NCBI GenBank assembly: GCA_963755915.1
Contig: CAVWLP010000002.1
Span: forward strand, 3,360,001 to 3,424,000
Direction of reading: 5' to 3'
Length of the DNA: 64,000 nucleotides
Source of the DNA: an uncultured Phycisphaerales bacterium
GTDB taxonomy: Bacteria; Planctomycetota; Phycisphaerae; Tepidisphaerales; Tepidisphaeraceae
Below, in pieces: positions 1 through 10,573 of this stretch. The first letter of the stretch is position 1. Each line of letters opens with the position of its first letter. The notes under the pieces were generated by a model. The model searched no databases and was not told where the DNA came from. It was given only the letters and a program-made list of their open reading frames with translations. The translations under genes and the position numbers were made by a program.

Positions 1-170
1 CCCCAACGCCGTCCGCCGGCGAACGCCGTTTCTGCTCGCCAGCCCCAAGCTGCCCGGCCAGCCTGTGCATCACCCAACTGGCCATGCGCCTCGAGCGGGG
101 CGTCGCCCCCAGCGTCGAGCTCGCCGGCGGTGGCTTCTTCAATCGCATGAGCCGGTGGTTCAGGAGATAA
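1..170 (+). CDS. flhG: C-terminal fragment of a MinD/FlhG(FleN)-family ATPase (partial, with a frameshift near 50)
   Basis: Manual translation gives AVRRRTPFLLASP..CPASLCITQLAMRLE...GGFFNRMSRWFRR*, a MinD/FlhG-type C-terminus with an amphipathic membrane-targeting tail. Lies upstream of fliA. Confidence 0.65.
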   Translation, partial: PTPSAGERRFCSPAPSCPASLCITQLAMRLERGVAPSVELAGGGFFNRMSRWFRR

Positions 171-214
171 AAAATGTCACACGCAATAGCTATTCTCATA
201 CCCAGGAGTTCAAC

Positions 215-455
215 ATGGCCAATCGAATCGCCGGCGTCACGGCTTCATGGTCTTTGTCCGTCTGTCTCGTCGTCGGCAGGCATCGAGGCCGACAACACTT
301 TCACCACCACCGTCGAGCGGGCATTGATGGCAATGGCGGTTACCCTCGTTATCGGACTGGTCGTCGGCACCATGGCCAGCAAAATGCTCGAGGAAAATCT
401 AAAGTCACACGAAGAAAAACTGAAAAAAGCAGGACACGACCCCAGCCCAGGGTGA
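215..455 (+). CDS. Small membrane protein between flhG and fliA (frameshifted)
   Basis: AGGAG RBS before ATG 215 (MANRIAGV...). Joins the frame ending ...ALMAMAVTLVIGLVVGTMASKMLEENLK... Two hydrophobic segments. Confidence 0.55.
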
Positions 456-570
456 CCGATAAACGAAAGTGATTACTCCGGATTCGGCTCCGCTCAAATC
501 CATTAACCCCTAACTTTCCGAAGGGCCGAAAATGCCAGCCGCGTTCAAACCTCACGGACCGGGAGGATTC

Positions 571-1360
571 ATGCCTAAGCCAGCCATCAAGGACATCAAG
601 CAGGTCTGGATCGATTACAAAAAAACCAAAACCGAGAAGCTCCGCAACATTCTGATGGAGAACTATCTCCATCTCGTCCGCTACAACGCCGAGCGCATCC
701 ACGTCAAGCTGCCCGACGAAGTCGAGCTCGACGACCTGATGTCCGCCGGCATCTTCGGCCTGATGGACGCCATCAACGCCTTCGACCTCGAACGCGGCGT
801 CAAATTCGAAACCTACTGCGCCCCGCGAATCCGCGGCGCGATCCTCGACGAGCTTCGCTCCATGGACTGGGTCCCGCGCCTGGTCCGCTCCCGCGCCCAC
901 AAGCTGGACACCGCCGCCAAGGCCCTCGAAGCCGAGCTCGGCCGCTCGCCCACCAACAACGAAATCGCCCATCGCCTCAAGGTCTCCATCCCCGAATTCG
1001 AGAAAATGGCCAAGGACGCCAGCGCCGTCGGCGTGGTCTCCCTCTCCCGCAAATGGTTCGAGACCGACAGCAACAAAGACGTCCGCGAGATCGACGTCCT
1101 GGAAGACAAGCGCGGCGCCGACCCCGTTCGCGAAATCCAGCGCAAGGACCTCAAGGAACTGATGACCAAAGGCCTCTCCCGCGCCGAGCGCCTCATCATC
1201 ATCCTCTATTATTTCGAAGAGATGACCATGAAAGAGATCGGCCTGACCCTCGACCTGAGCGAATAGCCGCGTCAGCCAGATGCACAGCTCCATCCTGGCC
1301 CGACTGAAAGCCCAGATGGCCGACCGCCGCAAGGAATTCCAGCAGGCGACTGCGGTGTGA
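571..1360 (+). CDS. fliA: RNA polymerase sigma factor FliA/WhiG (sigma-28), +1 frameshift at about 1264
   Basis: Motifs DDLMSAGIFGLMDAINAFDLERGVKFETY, RIRGAILDELRSMDWVPR and MTMKEIG..LDLSE. Removing one T restores ESRVSQMHSSILARLK...ATAV*. GGAGG RBS before ATG 571. Confidence 0.95.
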
Positions 1361-1390
1361 AGTTTGTTTAACTTTTGCGCGCTTCTTCTT

Positions 1391-1432
1391 ACCCCCTCGC
1401 CCGGTACTCCGGGAGATGGTCGGGGTGAGGGC
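1391..1432. repeat. REP-like palindromic repeat (family A, CCCCTCGCCCGGTACTCCGGGAGA..G..GGGTGAGGG)
   Basis: Near-identical to the reverse complement of 23120-23160. Intergenic between convergent genes. Confidence 0.8.
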
Positions 1433-1603
1433 CTTGGAAGAATCTTCCGACACGTGCGCCTGAACCAAAGCCAACTTCAATCCATCTACCCGAATTCTTC
1501 GCCACTCCCGCCGGTCCAGTCGGATCAGCTCCCCGCTGTTCATTCCCTCTTCAAGCAGTTTCTCAAGCCTCTTTCTGCTTTCTTTATGTTGTTGCCCTGT
1601 CAA
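1433..1603 (-). pseudogene. Possible ParD-like antitoxin C-terminal remnant
   Basis: GGAGG then TTG 1603 gives MTGQQHKESRKRLEKLLEEGMNSGELIRLDRREWRRIR. Resembles the L..LL.EG..SG motif of ParD-family C-termini. No RHH N-terminus or toxin partner. Confidence 0.4.
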
Positions 1604-1656
1604 AATACCTCCGCAGTATCCGCATTTGTTCGCTGCACGAGAAACTCCGGTTCCCG

Positions 1657-2772
1657 CTAAACCTTTATGCTCCGCCCCTCTCGCGCCGACTGATAAATCG
1701 CCTCGATAATCCCCAAATCCCTCAGCCCCTCCTCCCCCGTGGCCTTGAACGGCCCATCTCCCATGATCGCCCACGCAAACCCATCCATCTCCCCCACAAA
1801 CTGATCCGCCGGCGTTACGTCCACCGTTTCTAGACGCCCGCCGCGGCTGATTTGAAACTTCACCCCAGTATACGCCTCCCCCGGTTCAAGCACGCAATAC
1901 CCGTTTCTCCCATGCACCTCATACCGATTCAGGTTCGTGTTATAGCTCGAAAGACAACTCGCCAGCACCCCACTGGGAAATTTGAGCTGAAAATCGCAGT
2001 GCTGCTCCACTTCCCGAAAATGCGGATCGCGCGTGTCCTGATAGGTGTGGGCAAAAACTTCCGTCGGCTGCTCCCCGCTCAGATATCTCGCCGCGCTCAG
2101 CGAATAAATCCCGATATCCATCAAACACCCGCCGCCCGCCAGTTTCTTGTTCAGCCGCCACTGTTTGGGATCGCCGATCGCGAACCCCGTTGCCGTCTGA
2201 ATAATCTGTATCGGCCCAATCTCCCCCTCCCGAAGCGCCGCGATGCACGCCAATGTTGCCGCATCCCAGTGCATCCGATACCCAATTTGCAATCGTTTCC
2301 CCGCCTTCTTCCCCGCCTCGATCATCTGCCGGCACTCTCCGGCCGAATTTGCCATCGGCTTCTCACACATCACATGTTTCCCCGCCCCAAACGCCCGAAT
2401 CGTATATTCCGCGTGCATTCCGTTCGGCAGCACGACATACACAACATCCACCGCCGGATTATCCCCAATCGTGTCAAAGTTCTCGTAGTTGTAAATATTT
2501 TTCGAATCGATCCCATATTTCGTCGCCACCACCGCAGCCTTGGCCGGATGCCCGCTCACCAGCGCCACCGGCTTGCAAAACGAGCACCCCATCATCCCCG
2601 GCAGCAGATGATTCCGACAAAAATCCCCCAGCCCCACAAACGCAAACCCAAGCTTTCTATCCGCATCCGCCGCCATCAAAGGCTTCACCCCCACATTCGC
2701 GAGCGCCACTGCTCCCAATGCCATCGCCGAGCTTTTCAGCATATTCCGACGCGAAACAGTCCCATGAAACAT
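1657..2772 (-). CDS. Tat-exported Gfo/Idh/MocA family oxidoreductase (glucose-fructose oxidoreductase-like)
   Basis: SRRNMLK twin-arginine signal, GFAFVGLG Rossmann motif, KHVMCEKPMA, GGGCLMDIGIY. AGGAGG RBS. Confidence 0.9.
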   Translation of the reverse strand: MFHGTVSRRNMLKSSAMALGAVALANVGVKPLMAADADRKLGFAFVGLGDFCRNHLLPGMMGCSFCKPVALVSGHPAKAAVVATKYGIDSKNIYNYENFDTIGDNPAVDVVYVVLPNGMHAEYTIRAFGAGKHVMCEKPMANSAGECRQMIEAGKKAGKRLQIGYRMHWDAATLACIAALREGEIGPIQIIQTATGFAIGDPKQWRLNKKLAGGGCLMDIGIYSLSAARYLSGEQPTEVFAHTYQDTRDPHFREVEQHCDFQLKFPSGVLASCLSSYNTNLNRYEVHGRNGYCVLEPGEAYTGVKFQISRGGRLETVDVTPADQFVGEMDGFAWAIMGDGPFKATGEEGLRDLGIIEAIYQSAREGRSIKV

Positions 2773-2841
2773 GCGGCCTCCTCGTCCCCCGCAATTTTCT
2801 CCCCCATTCGACATTTGGCAATCGGCATTTAGCATTCCCCA

Positions 2842-2887
2842 TTGACCCCCACTCCACATTCCTTACCATTCCAATAGATTTTATCGA
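2842..2887 (+). promoter_or_regulatory. Sigma70-like promoter (TTGACC-N16-TACCAT) with adjacent imperfect palindrome CCAATAGATTTTATCGA
   Basis: Read directly upstream of the Rrf2 gene. The palindrome overlaps the expected transcription start. Confidence 0.5.
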
Positions 2888-2899
2888 CGCGGAGACGTA

Positions 2900-3343
2900 T
2901 TGCGCCTTTCCAAGCGAACCGAATATGGATTGCGGGCTGTTGTACAGTTGGCCAGGCTCTGGCCCACGGGGTTCATACAATCCCGCGATCTCGCCCAGCA
3001 TGAGGACCTGCCCAATAAATTCCTCGAGGCGATCCTCCTGGCCCTGCGCCGCGGCGGGTTCCTGGAAAGCAAGGTCGGCAGCGGAGGAGGATACCGCCTG
3101 TCTCGATCCCCACGCGAAATCGGCGTGGGCGATCTCATTCGCCGGCTCGAAGGCCGCCTTACCATCAAGGAAAAGGAAGGCGTTTCCACCGCTGACCTCT
3201 CCCCAGGAAAGGCCGCCGTGCGTCTCGTCAACGAACGCCTCACCGATGCCACCGATCAGGTCCTCGACAAGATGACCCTCGAGCAACTGATGGAGCAGGT
3301 CAGTCGATTCTCCAGCGTCGATCAGTCGATGTATTACATCTGA
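2900..3343 (+). CDS. Rrf2 family transcriptional regulator, cysteine-free (CymR-like)
   Basis: MRLSKRTEYGLRA...FLEAILLALRRGGFLESKVGSGGGYRL, C-terminal MYYI. No Fe-S-binding Cys. Confidence 0.92.
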   Translation: MRLSKRTEYGLRAVVQLARLWPTGFIQSRDLAQHEDLPNKFLEAILLALRRGGFLESKVGSGGGYRLSRSPREIGVGDLIRRLEGRLTIKEKEGVSTADLSPGKAAVRLVNERLTDATDQVLDKMTLEQLMEQVSRFSSVDQSMYYI

Positions 3344-3987
3344 TGCTTCCTCTCTCGACAATTTTTGAAGTCCATACCCTCCTCCATTGGCTCCGCCGAG
3401 GGAAATACGGCGCACTCTTCGGGCTCCTTTTTTCCTGCGGTCTCGGACTCCCCATGCCCGAAGATGTCCCGCTACTCGCCGCCGGAATCATGGTCTTTCA
3501 CGGCGAAATGCACCTCTGGCTCGCCGCCCCCATCGCCTGGCTCGGCATCATCGGCGGCGACTGCGTCCTCTACACCCTCGGATACTTCCTCGGAGAGAAA
3601 ATCACCAAAATCCCCGTCCTCGGCTCCCACGTCACACACGCACGCCTGGAGCGCGCCGAAAATCTCTTTCGAAAATACGGCGTCTGGATGGTCGCCCTCG
3701 GCAGAATGTTCATGGGAATCCGCGGCGCCATGGTCGTTGCCGCCGGCACCAGCAAGCTCAAATTTCACAAGTTCATCATCGCCGACGGCCTCGCCGCCAT
3801 CGTCAGCGGCGGTGTCTTCGTCTATCTCGGCTACTGGGGCGGTGAATACGGCCCCCAAATGGCCCGCCGCGTCAGCCATTTTAAGTACGGCCTCTGGATC
3901 GCTGCGGGTGTTCTTGCCATTGTCCTGATATTCTTCTTCTTCTGGCGTGGCGGCGGCCCACCCGAAGACTCGCCGCCAACGGAATGA
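3343..3987 (+). CDS. DedA family membrane protein
   Basis: GLGLPMPEDVPLLAAG, GDCVLYTLG and FRKYG..MVALGRMFMGIR motifs. Confidence 0.92.
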   Translation: MLPLSTIFEVHTLLHWLRRGKYGALFGLLFSCGLGLPMPEDVPLLAAGIMVFHGEMHLWLAAPIAWLGIIGGDCVLYTLGYFLGEKITKIPVLGSHVTHARLERAENLFRKYGVWMVALGRMFMGIRGAMVVAAGTSKLKFHKFIIADGLAAIVSGGVFVYLGYWGGEYGPQMARRVSHFKYGLWIAAGVLAIVLIFFFFWRGGGPPEDSPPTE

Positions 3988-4683
3988 CCATCCGCTCCCT
4001 CGCCATCGAGACCTCCTCGCGCGTGGGCTCCATCGCCCTGGCCGAAGACGGCCGCACGATTCTCGAAGACACTTTTCCCCACGGCCTCCAGAACGCGGCG
4101 CGAATCGTCCCCTCGATCGACGCCCTAACCCGCCGCCTCGGCTGGACCCGCGCGATCTGGCCGAAATCTACGTCTCCGCCGGCCCGGGCTCCTTCACCGG
4201 CCTGCGCATCGGAATTACCCTCGCCAAAACCCTAGCCTTCGTCACCGGCGTAAAGCTCGTCGCCGTTCCTTCCGTCCGCGTCATCGCCGAAAACGCCCCG
4301 ACCGACGCCAATTTCATCGTCATCGTCCTCGACGCCAAGCGCGACCAGATCTTCACCGCCTCATTCCAGCGCGGCCAGGACGGTTGGAAAGAAATTGAAC
4401 CCGCACGCCTCTCATCTCTCTCCGAAGTCCTCGCCCGCACCCCCCGGCCCGTCTCTTTGATTGGCGAAGGAATCCCGTGGCACCACAAATTTCTTGATGC
4501 CGCCGACAAACAAATTCACATCACCCAAGAATCCCTATGGCGTCCGCGGCCGCCGCCGTCGCAACTCTCGGCTGGAATATGGCCCGGCGCGGCGAGTTTG
4601 CCGACTCTCTCTCCCTCACCCCGATCTACATCCGCCGCCCCGAAGCCGAGGAAAAATTCGACGCCGACTTCCGGAAAAGATAA
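3984..4683 (+). CDS. tsaB: tRNA threonylcarbamoyladenosine biosynthesis protein TsaB (frameshifts at about 4150 and 4550)
   Basis: LAIETSSRVGSIAL, VSAGPGSFTGLRIGITLAKTL, LDAKRDQIF and C-terminal PIYIRRPEAEEK found across three frames. Confidence 0.92.
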
Positions 4684-5405
4684 TTCGGATTTTGCGCCGC
4701 AATCTCATAGGTCCCCATCCGCTTCACTTCCTCGATCACGCTGCAAACCTCTCACTTCGACCCATCCGCCGAATCGTCGAACAGCACAAACCCTCCCGGC
4801 TCCAAAAACTCGTCCGTATTCAGAAAATCCCGTAGCGCATATTCATACCCGTGATTCCCGTCGATAAAGCAAAAACTGATCGGCCCTCCGAGCTTCGTGT
4901 TCTGCCCAAACACATCCGTCACCGTGATCCCCGCCCGCCAAAATTCAAAAAATTCCTCCGACCGCTTCTCAATCGTATGCGGCAGCGCCTCCGCGCTGAA
5001 CATCTCAGCATTACGCACAAAGCTGCCCCTGACAAACTCGCGGTATTTTGAGTGCGGAATATCCGATTCGCCCACGTTCCCCTCCGCTCCCTCGAATTCC
5101 CAGTTGTCGCACGTAAACAGCCTGTTCTCGACCCCATGCTTCCGCTTGAAATAGGTCAAAATGTTCGTCGAAAGCCCGCAAAACGATCCGATCTCCAGCA
5201 TCGGATTGTTCGACGGCAGATTCCGGATCGCGAAGTCGAAGCAAAGCAGATTCCCCTGGTTGAGCATCCCCGCGTTCGCAAACGAGAGATACTCCAGGTA
5301 ATCGTCCATCAGGTTGATGAACTCCGTCCCCCCGCGCGTCCGCCCGACCGGGTACTGCTTGTAAATCTCCGGGATCGGCCGCTTGAATTCCTTCAGGGTT
5401 GTCAT
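4626..5405 (-). CDS. Class I SAM-dependent methyltransferase (Methyltransf_24-like), in-frame TGA at 4752-4754
   Basis: MLEIGSFCGLST and FIDGNHGY...FLEPGGFVLFDDS. The frame continues after TGA as EVCSVIEEVKRMGTYEIAAQNPNYLFRK to TAG 4626. Confidence 0.8.
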
Positions 5406-5412
5406 TTGTCAC

Positions 5413-6649
5413 CTACGCTGTTGTAAATTTCTGCCACATCGAATCGCTGATCGGCTTCGGATCCTCCGCCGCATTCCCCTTCGCGCGCACGCCCGGAATC
5501 GCCAGCGGATCAACCGGATTATCCGCGCGATTCTTGAATCTCGCCGTACTCTTCAGCAGCCCCAGCGCCGCGCAGGTGATGATCAACCCGCTCCCCCCGC
5601 GCTGACCAGCGGCAGCGACAACCCCTTCGTCGGCACGCTCACCGTCGCCACCGCGATATTGATCATCGCCTGAAGCGACACCATGATCCCCACCCCAAAC
5701 GCCAGCATCTTCCCAAAACTGTCCCCTTTCATTTTCACGGTCTGCCAGGCGCAATACAGAATCCCGAGGTAGAGCGCGACGGTCAGCATCGCCCCAAAAA
5801 TCCCCAGCTCTTCGCAGATCACGGAAAAAATGAAATCGGTGGTATCTTCAGGAAGATATCCCAGCTTCTGCACTCCGTTGCCCAGCCCCCGCCCCGTCCA
5901 TCCGCCTGTGGCGAAGCTCAGCAGGCTTTGGATCATGTGATACCCCTCGCGCTGCGGCGCCGCATATGGATTTTCGAACGCGGTGATCCGCCGCCAGCGG
6001 TATTCCTTGTGCATCACGAACCACAGCCCCGCCGCCACCACCGGCGGAATCACAATCGCCAGATGCCACCACCGCACCCGGCCCACCAGCAGCATCAGCA
6101 GCGCCGTCAACGCGATCAACGTCGCCGTCCCGAAATCCTCGATAATCACCAGCAGGCAAAGCGCCGCTACGGGAATCAGCGTCGGCAGAAACCCGCGAAA
6201 AATCGATTCAAGTCGATCGGCCGCTTCGAGAGCCAATACGCCAGGTAAATCACCACCGCCCACTTCGCCAGCTCGGATGGCTGCACCTGCATCGGCCCCA
6301 GCCGAAGCCACCGCCGCGCCCCATTCACCGCCACCCCCACGTGCGGCACCAGCACCACCGCATTGGCCAGCGCCGTAACCCCCAGCATCCACATCACCGG
6401 GCTTCGCCAATGGCTCGAGCGCCGCCGTCCAATCCACGCATAATTGATTGCGCCGACAATAAAAAATATCCCCACTCCCGCCGCCGCAAAGGCCGACTCT
6501 TTCAGTGCCCCCGCCGACCACTGCCAGTCGGTGCGCATCGCCGCCCCGGCCGATGCCGATTGCACCATCACCACGCCCAGCAGCAGCAGCCCCAGGACGC
6601 AGAGCGTCAGCATATCCCGCGTCCGCAGGTGATAAATCGTGACTTCCAT
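5413..6649 (-). CDS. ftsW: FtsW/RodA/SpoVE (SEDS) peptidoglycan glycosyltransferase (frameshifts at about 6215 and 5590)
   Basis: VNGARRWLRLGPMQVQPSELAK, EDFGTA, GYHMIQSL..FATGG..GRGLGNG.QKLGYLPEDTTDFIFSVICEELG, PTKGLSLPLVSAGG. Confidence 0.88.
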
Positions 6650-6768
6650 CTCTTTCTATTTATCGGACCCCACGATTCCCGAACTTGAAGTTCCTCTTCT
6701 ACCGGCGCTGCCCGACCTGACCGATTGAGTTTTGGCCGATGCTCGGTACGATTGAAACCCATTAACAA

Positions 6769-7592
6769 ATGGTTAACGAAACCATGACGGTCGAAGCTCC
6801 AACCTCCCAACCCCAACAGGCCCCTAAGCCGACGACGGGCACATTGCTCGACGGCCCCCTCCGCCGAACTCGTCTGGTCATCACCAAGGTCTCGGTCGTC
6901 ATCCCGGTCTTTAACGAGGAAGCCACCATCCAGGACCTCGTCCGCCTCGTCGTTGACGCTCCGATGCCCAAGGGCTTGGTTCGCGAGATCATCATCGTCA
7001 ACGACTGCTCCACCGATGGCACCGCCGCCAGGCTCGATCAGCTCAAAACCCTCTTCCCTGAATCAGACATCCGCGTCTTCCACAAGCCGGTAAATCAAGG
7101 CAAAGGGGCTGCCCTCCGCGACGGGTTCAAACTGGCCGCCGGAGATGTCATCCTCATTCAGGATGCTGATTTGGAATACGATCCCAAGGATTACCCCCGC
7201 CTGCTCCAGCCCATCGCGGACGACAAGGCCGACGTCGTCTACGGCAGCCGATTCATCGGCGAACCCCACCGCGTTCTCTATTTCTACCACACCCTCGGCA
7301 ACAAGTTCCTGACCTCATTCAGCAATCTCTTCACCAACCTTAACCTGACCGACATGGAGGTCTGCTACAAGGTCTTCCGCAAATCGGTCCTCGATCGCAT
7401 CAAGCTCAAATGCGATCGTTTCGGCTTCGAGCCGGAAGTCACTGCCAAGATCGCCAGGATGCGCCGCGCCTCCGTATCTATGAGGTCGGTGTCGCCTACT
7501 ATGGCCGAAGCTACGAAGAGGGGAAGAAAATTACCTGGAAAGATGGTATTAAGGCACTGCTGACCATCGTGCGCTTTCGATTCTGGGACTAA
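6769..7592 (+). CDS. Glycosyltransferase family 2 (DPM1-like), frameshift at about 7465
   Basis: [51 protein letters not shown]-terminus [23 protein letters not shown] in the next frame. Confidence 0.92.
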
Positions 7593-7618
7593 AAACCTGC
7601 TGAATTGAGTATCCTTAA

Positions 7619-8044
7619 ATGTCGATGAGGCAGATAATCGCGGTTTTGACGCTCGCGCTGCTGACAGGGTGCATGGATGCTCCGCTGGGCTCGGGCATCA
7701 ACGGCCCGACGGGCCGCGCCAGTGATACCGGAAAAATCACTGCCGTCCGCGTCCGGCCCGTCTGGATGTACGACCTGAAACAGCGGTCGCAGGATATGGT
7801 GGTCAGGAAACTGACCTACGGCCAGACGGCCCGGTTCGACGACGTGCATTTTGAAGGCTTCTACGACGCGACCCTGAACGTGACGCGCGTTTCCGTTTTT
7901 GGAAACGTGAGTTCCGCGAGCGACTATGGAACCACGTATAACAATGGTTACTACGTGACCTGGGAAGAGGACGGCCGCGTCAGCGGCGATAACCTCCCGC
8001 CGTGGCGCATCGTGGATGTCGTTGTTCTTGATCAGACGTATTGA
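7619..8044 (+). CDS. Hypothetical lipoprotein
   Basis: Signal peptide with lipobox LLTGC. Operon-like spacing. Confidence 0.7.
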   Translation: MSMRQIIAVLTLALLTGCMDAPLGSGINGPTGRASDTGKITAVRVRPVWMYDLKQRSQDMVVRKLTYGQTARFDDVHFEGFYDATLNVTRVSVFGNVSSASDYGTTYNNGYYVTWEEDGRVSGDNLPPWRIVDVVVLDQTY

Positions 8045-8067
8045 ATTGTCGCCAGTAGATTCACGCT

Positions 8068-9009
8068 ATGCGTATTCTCATTTCCGGCGCTGCGGGCTTT
8101 CTCGGATCGCATTTGAGCGATCTGCTCCTCTCCCAGGAGCATGACGTCGTCTGCATCGACAACCTCCTGACCGGCAAGCTGGAAAACATCGCCCACCTGC
8201 GCGATAACCGGCATTTCTCTTTCATCAAAGCCGACGTCACTGGTCCATTCAAAATCGAAGGCGCCCTGGACCGCATCTATCATATGGCCTCGCCGGCCAG
8301 TCCGATGGGGTACGTCAAGCACCAGGTCGCGACGCTCAAAGTGAACAGCCAGGGAACGTGGAATCTGCTCGAGCTGGCCGAGGCCAAAAGATGCCGGTTT
8401 CTGATGGCCAGCACGAGCGAGTGTTACGGCGACCCCGCCGTCAATCCGCAGACGGAAGCTTACTGGGGCAACGTCAATCCGATCGGCATGCGAAGCATGT
8501 ACGACGAGGCCAAGCGATTCAGCGAAGCCTGTACGATGGCCTACCATCGCGAACGCAAGGTCGATACGCGACTCATCCGCATCTTCAACACCTACGGGCC
8601 GCGGATGGATCCGTATGACGGGCGGGTGGTCATCAGCTTCATCCGCCAGGCGCTGCACAATGAGCCGCTGACGGTGTTTGGGGATGGGAAGCAGACGCGC
8701 AGCTTGTGTTATGTGAGCGATCTGATTCGCGGCATCAACCTGACCATGGAGAGCGATTTCCGGGAGCCGATCAACCTCGGGAATCCGGATGAGATCACGA
8801 TTCTGGATATCGCGAGAGTGGTTCTCAAGCTGATTCCGCAGAGCAAGAGCACGATCTCGTTTCACCCGATGCCGCCGGATGATCCGAAGGTGCGGTGCCC
8901 GGATATCACGCGGGCGAAGCAGGTTTTGGGGTGGACGCCGGTGGTTTCGCGGGAAGAGGGGCTGAAGAAGATGATTGAGTTTTATCGGGAAAGCCTTTCC
9001 AATCGTTAG
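8068..9009 (+). CDS. UDP-glucuronic acid decarboxylase (UXS-like extended SDR)
   Basis: GAAGFLGSHL, HMASPASP, ASTSECYGDP, YWGNVNPIG.RS.YDEAKR, RIFNTYGPRM. Confidence 0.93.
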   Translation: MRILISGAAGFLGSHLSDLLLSQEHDVVCIDNLLTGKLENIAHLRDNRHFSFIKADVTGPFKIEGALDRIYHMASPASPMGYVKHQVATLKVNSQGTWNLLELAEAKRCRFLMASTSECYGDPAVNPQTEAYWGNVNPIGMRSMYDEAKRFSEACTMAYHRERKVDTRLIRIFNTYGPRMDPYDGRVVISFIRQALHNEPLTVFGDGKQTRSLCYVSDLIRGINLTMESDFREPINLGNPDEITILDIARVVLKLIPQSKSTISFHPMPPDDPKVRCPDITRAKQVLGWTPVVSREEGLKKMIEFYRESLSNR

Positions 9010-9016
9010 GTGGGGC

Positions 9017-9044
9017 ATCTGACAGAATCTGACAAAATCTGACA
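9017..9044. repeat. Three direct repeats ATCTGACA with 10-bp period
   Basis: atctgacaga-atctgacaaa-atctgaca, immediately left of the IS target site. Confidence 0.8.
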
Positions 9045-9051
9045 CTTTTGA

Positions 9052-10573
9052 CAATATTGTCCGGAACGCAGGCTCACAAATAACACGATCTTGCGCTTGC
9101 GCGAAGCAGCGTTTTGTGGTTCACTGCCGCCACGTGCACGCGGACCTTTGCCCAGCTTCTGGATTGCCCGCCAAGCCGGGACGAAAGCCGCGGCCGGCGG
9201 TGCGGGGGGAGGATTTGTTCGGCGGCAAGTACGTCGGTATTTTGCAGGATCATCTGGCCCGCCTGCGGGCGGCGCATCCCCACCCCAATCGCACGCTTTT
9301 TTATGACGATGTGACCCTTGCCTATCTGCTGGCGTTTTTCACGCCGGCGATTCGCAGCCTGCGGACGATGGAGGATTTCAGCCAGACCGAGCAGATGCAG
9401 GAGCAGCTTTCGGTCGATCGCCTGCCGCGTTCCACGCTTTCCGATGCCAACGCCCTGTTCGATCCGACGCTGCTGGAGCCGATCATCGAGGAGTTGCGGG
9501 CGCGGCTGCCGCACCTGCGTCACGGCGATCCGAAGCTGGCGGAGTTGACCGAGCGGGTACGGGTGGTGGATGGGTCGCTGTTCACCGTTGCCGCCGACGT
9601 GGCCTGGGCGCTGCATCAAAGTCGACCCAACGGAAAGCCCATGGACACGATTCGCCTGAATCTTCAATGGGCGGCGGGCGTGGGGGTTCCCGAGGGAGTG
9701 ACGATCAGCGGCGCGGGATGCTCCGAGGCGCAGGCGCTGATGCAGTCCCTGGAGCCGGGACAGATTTACGTCATGGACCGCGGCTACGTCTGTTTCGAGC
9801 TGCTGGAGCGGATCGTACATGCCTGCAGCGATTTTGTGCTCCGGCTCAAGTCAAACAACTATTTCATTCCCATCGAAAACAATGACTTGACCCCCAAGTC
9901 CCTGCCGCTGAGCGATGAAGACCGCGCTGCCGGCATTCTCAGCGACCGGATCGGATACCTGGGCTCAGAAGGGCCACGCTTTGCTCCTCCGGCGGGAAAA
10001 TGGCTTCGGGAAGTGACGATCTTCGACCCGGACAAACCCGACAGGCCCCTGCGGCTGCTGACCAATCTTCTTAACATTCCCGCCCATGTCATCGGTCTGC
10101 TCTACCGCTGGCGATGGAAGATCGAGCTGTTTTTCCGCTGGCTGAAAGTGCACGCCCACTTCCGCCATCTCACCAGCCACAGCAAAAACGGCGTCACCAC
10201 CGGGTTCTACATCGCGGTCATCGGGGTGCTGTTGATCTATCTGCACACGCAGCGTCCGGTGAGCAAATATGCCTACGCGATGCTGAGCCTGGTCGCCGCG
10301 GGAGGGGCCACGTTGCAAGAGATTATTCCCATCCTGCAGCGCGAGAACGGGAATGCGAGCTGCAGCGTCAGCGTGTGGCACGGAAGAAGGCTGAAAAAAT
10401 CGTCAAGTAAGTCACCGGGGGTTTTTGTTGTCCGGCCGCCGGTGAACGCCGCGGCATGCGCTGCAGGAGCAGCGCTGAACCTTCCACGCCGTTGCCCATC
10501 GAGGCAACGCAGCCTTTCGAGTGAAAACCCGAAAAATCCCAGCTTTAAGACGCGGAAGTCCCGGACAATATTG
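9052..10573 (+). mobile_element. Complete IS4-family insertion sequence, 1522 bp
   Basis: 13-bp perfect terminal inverted repeats CAATATTGTCCGG (9052-9064 and 10561-10573), flanked by 9-bp direct repeats CACTTTTGA (9043-9051 and 10574-10582). Confidence 0.95.
9164..10410 (+). CDS. IS4-family DDE transposase (frameshift at about 10345)
   Basis: VVDGS, YVMDRGY and YRWRWKIELFFRWLK (YREK signature). Probable true C-terminus ...RERECELQRQRVARKKAEKIVK*. Confidence 0.92.
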
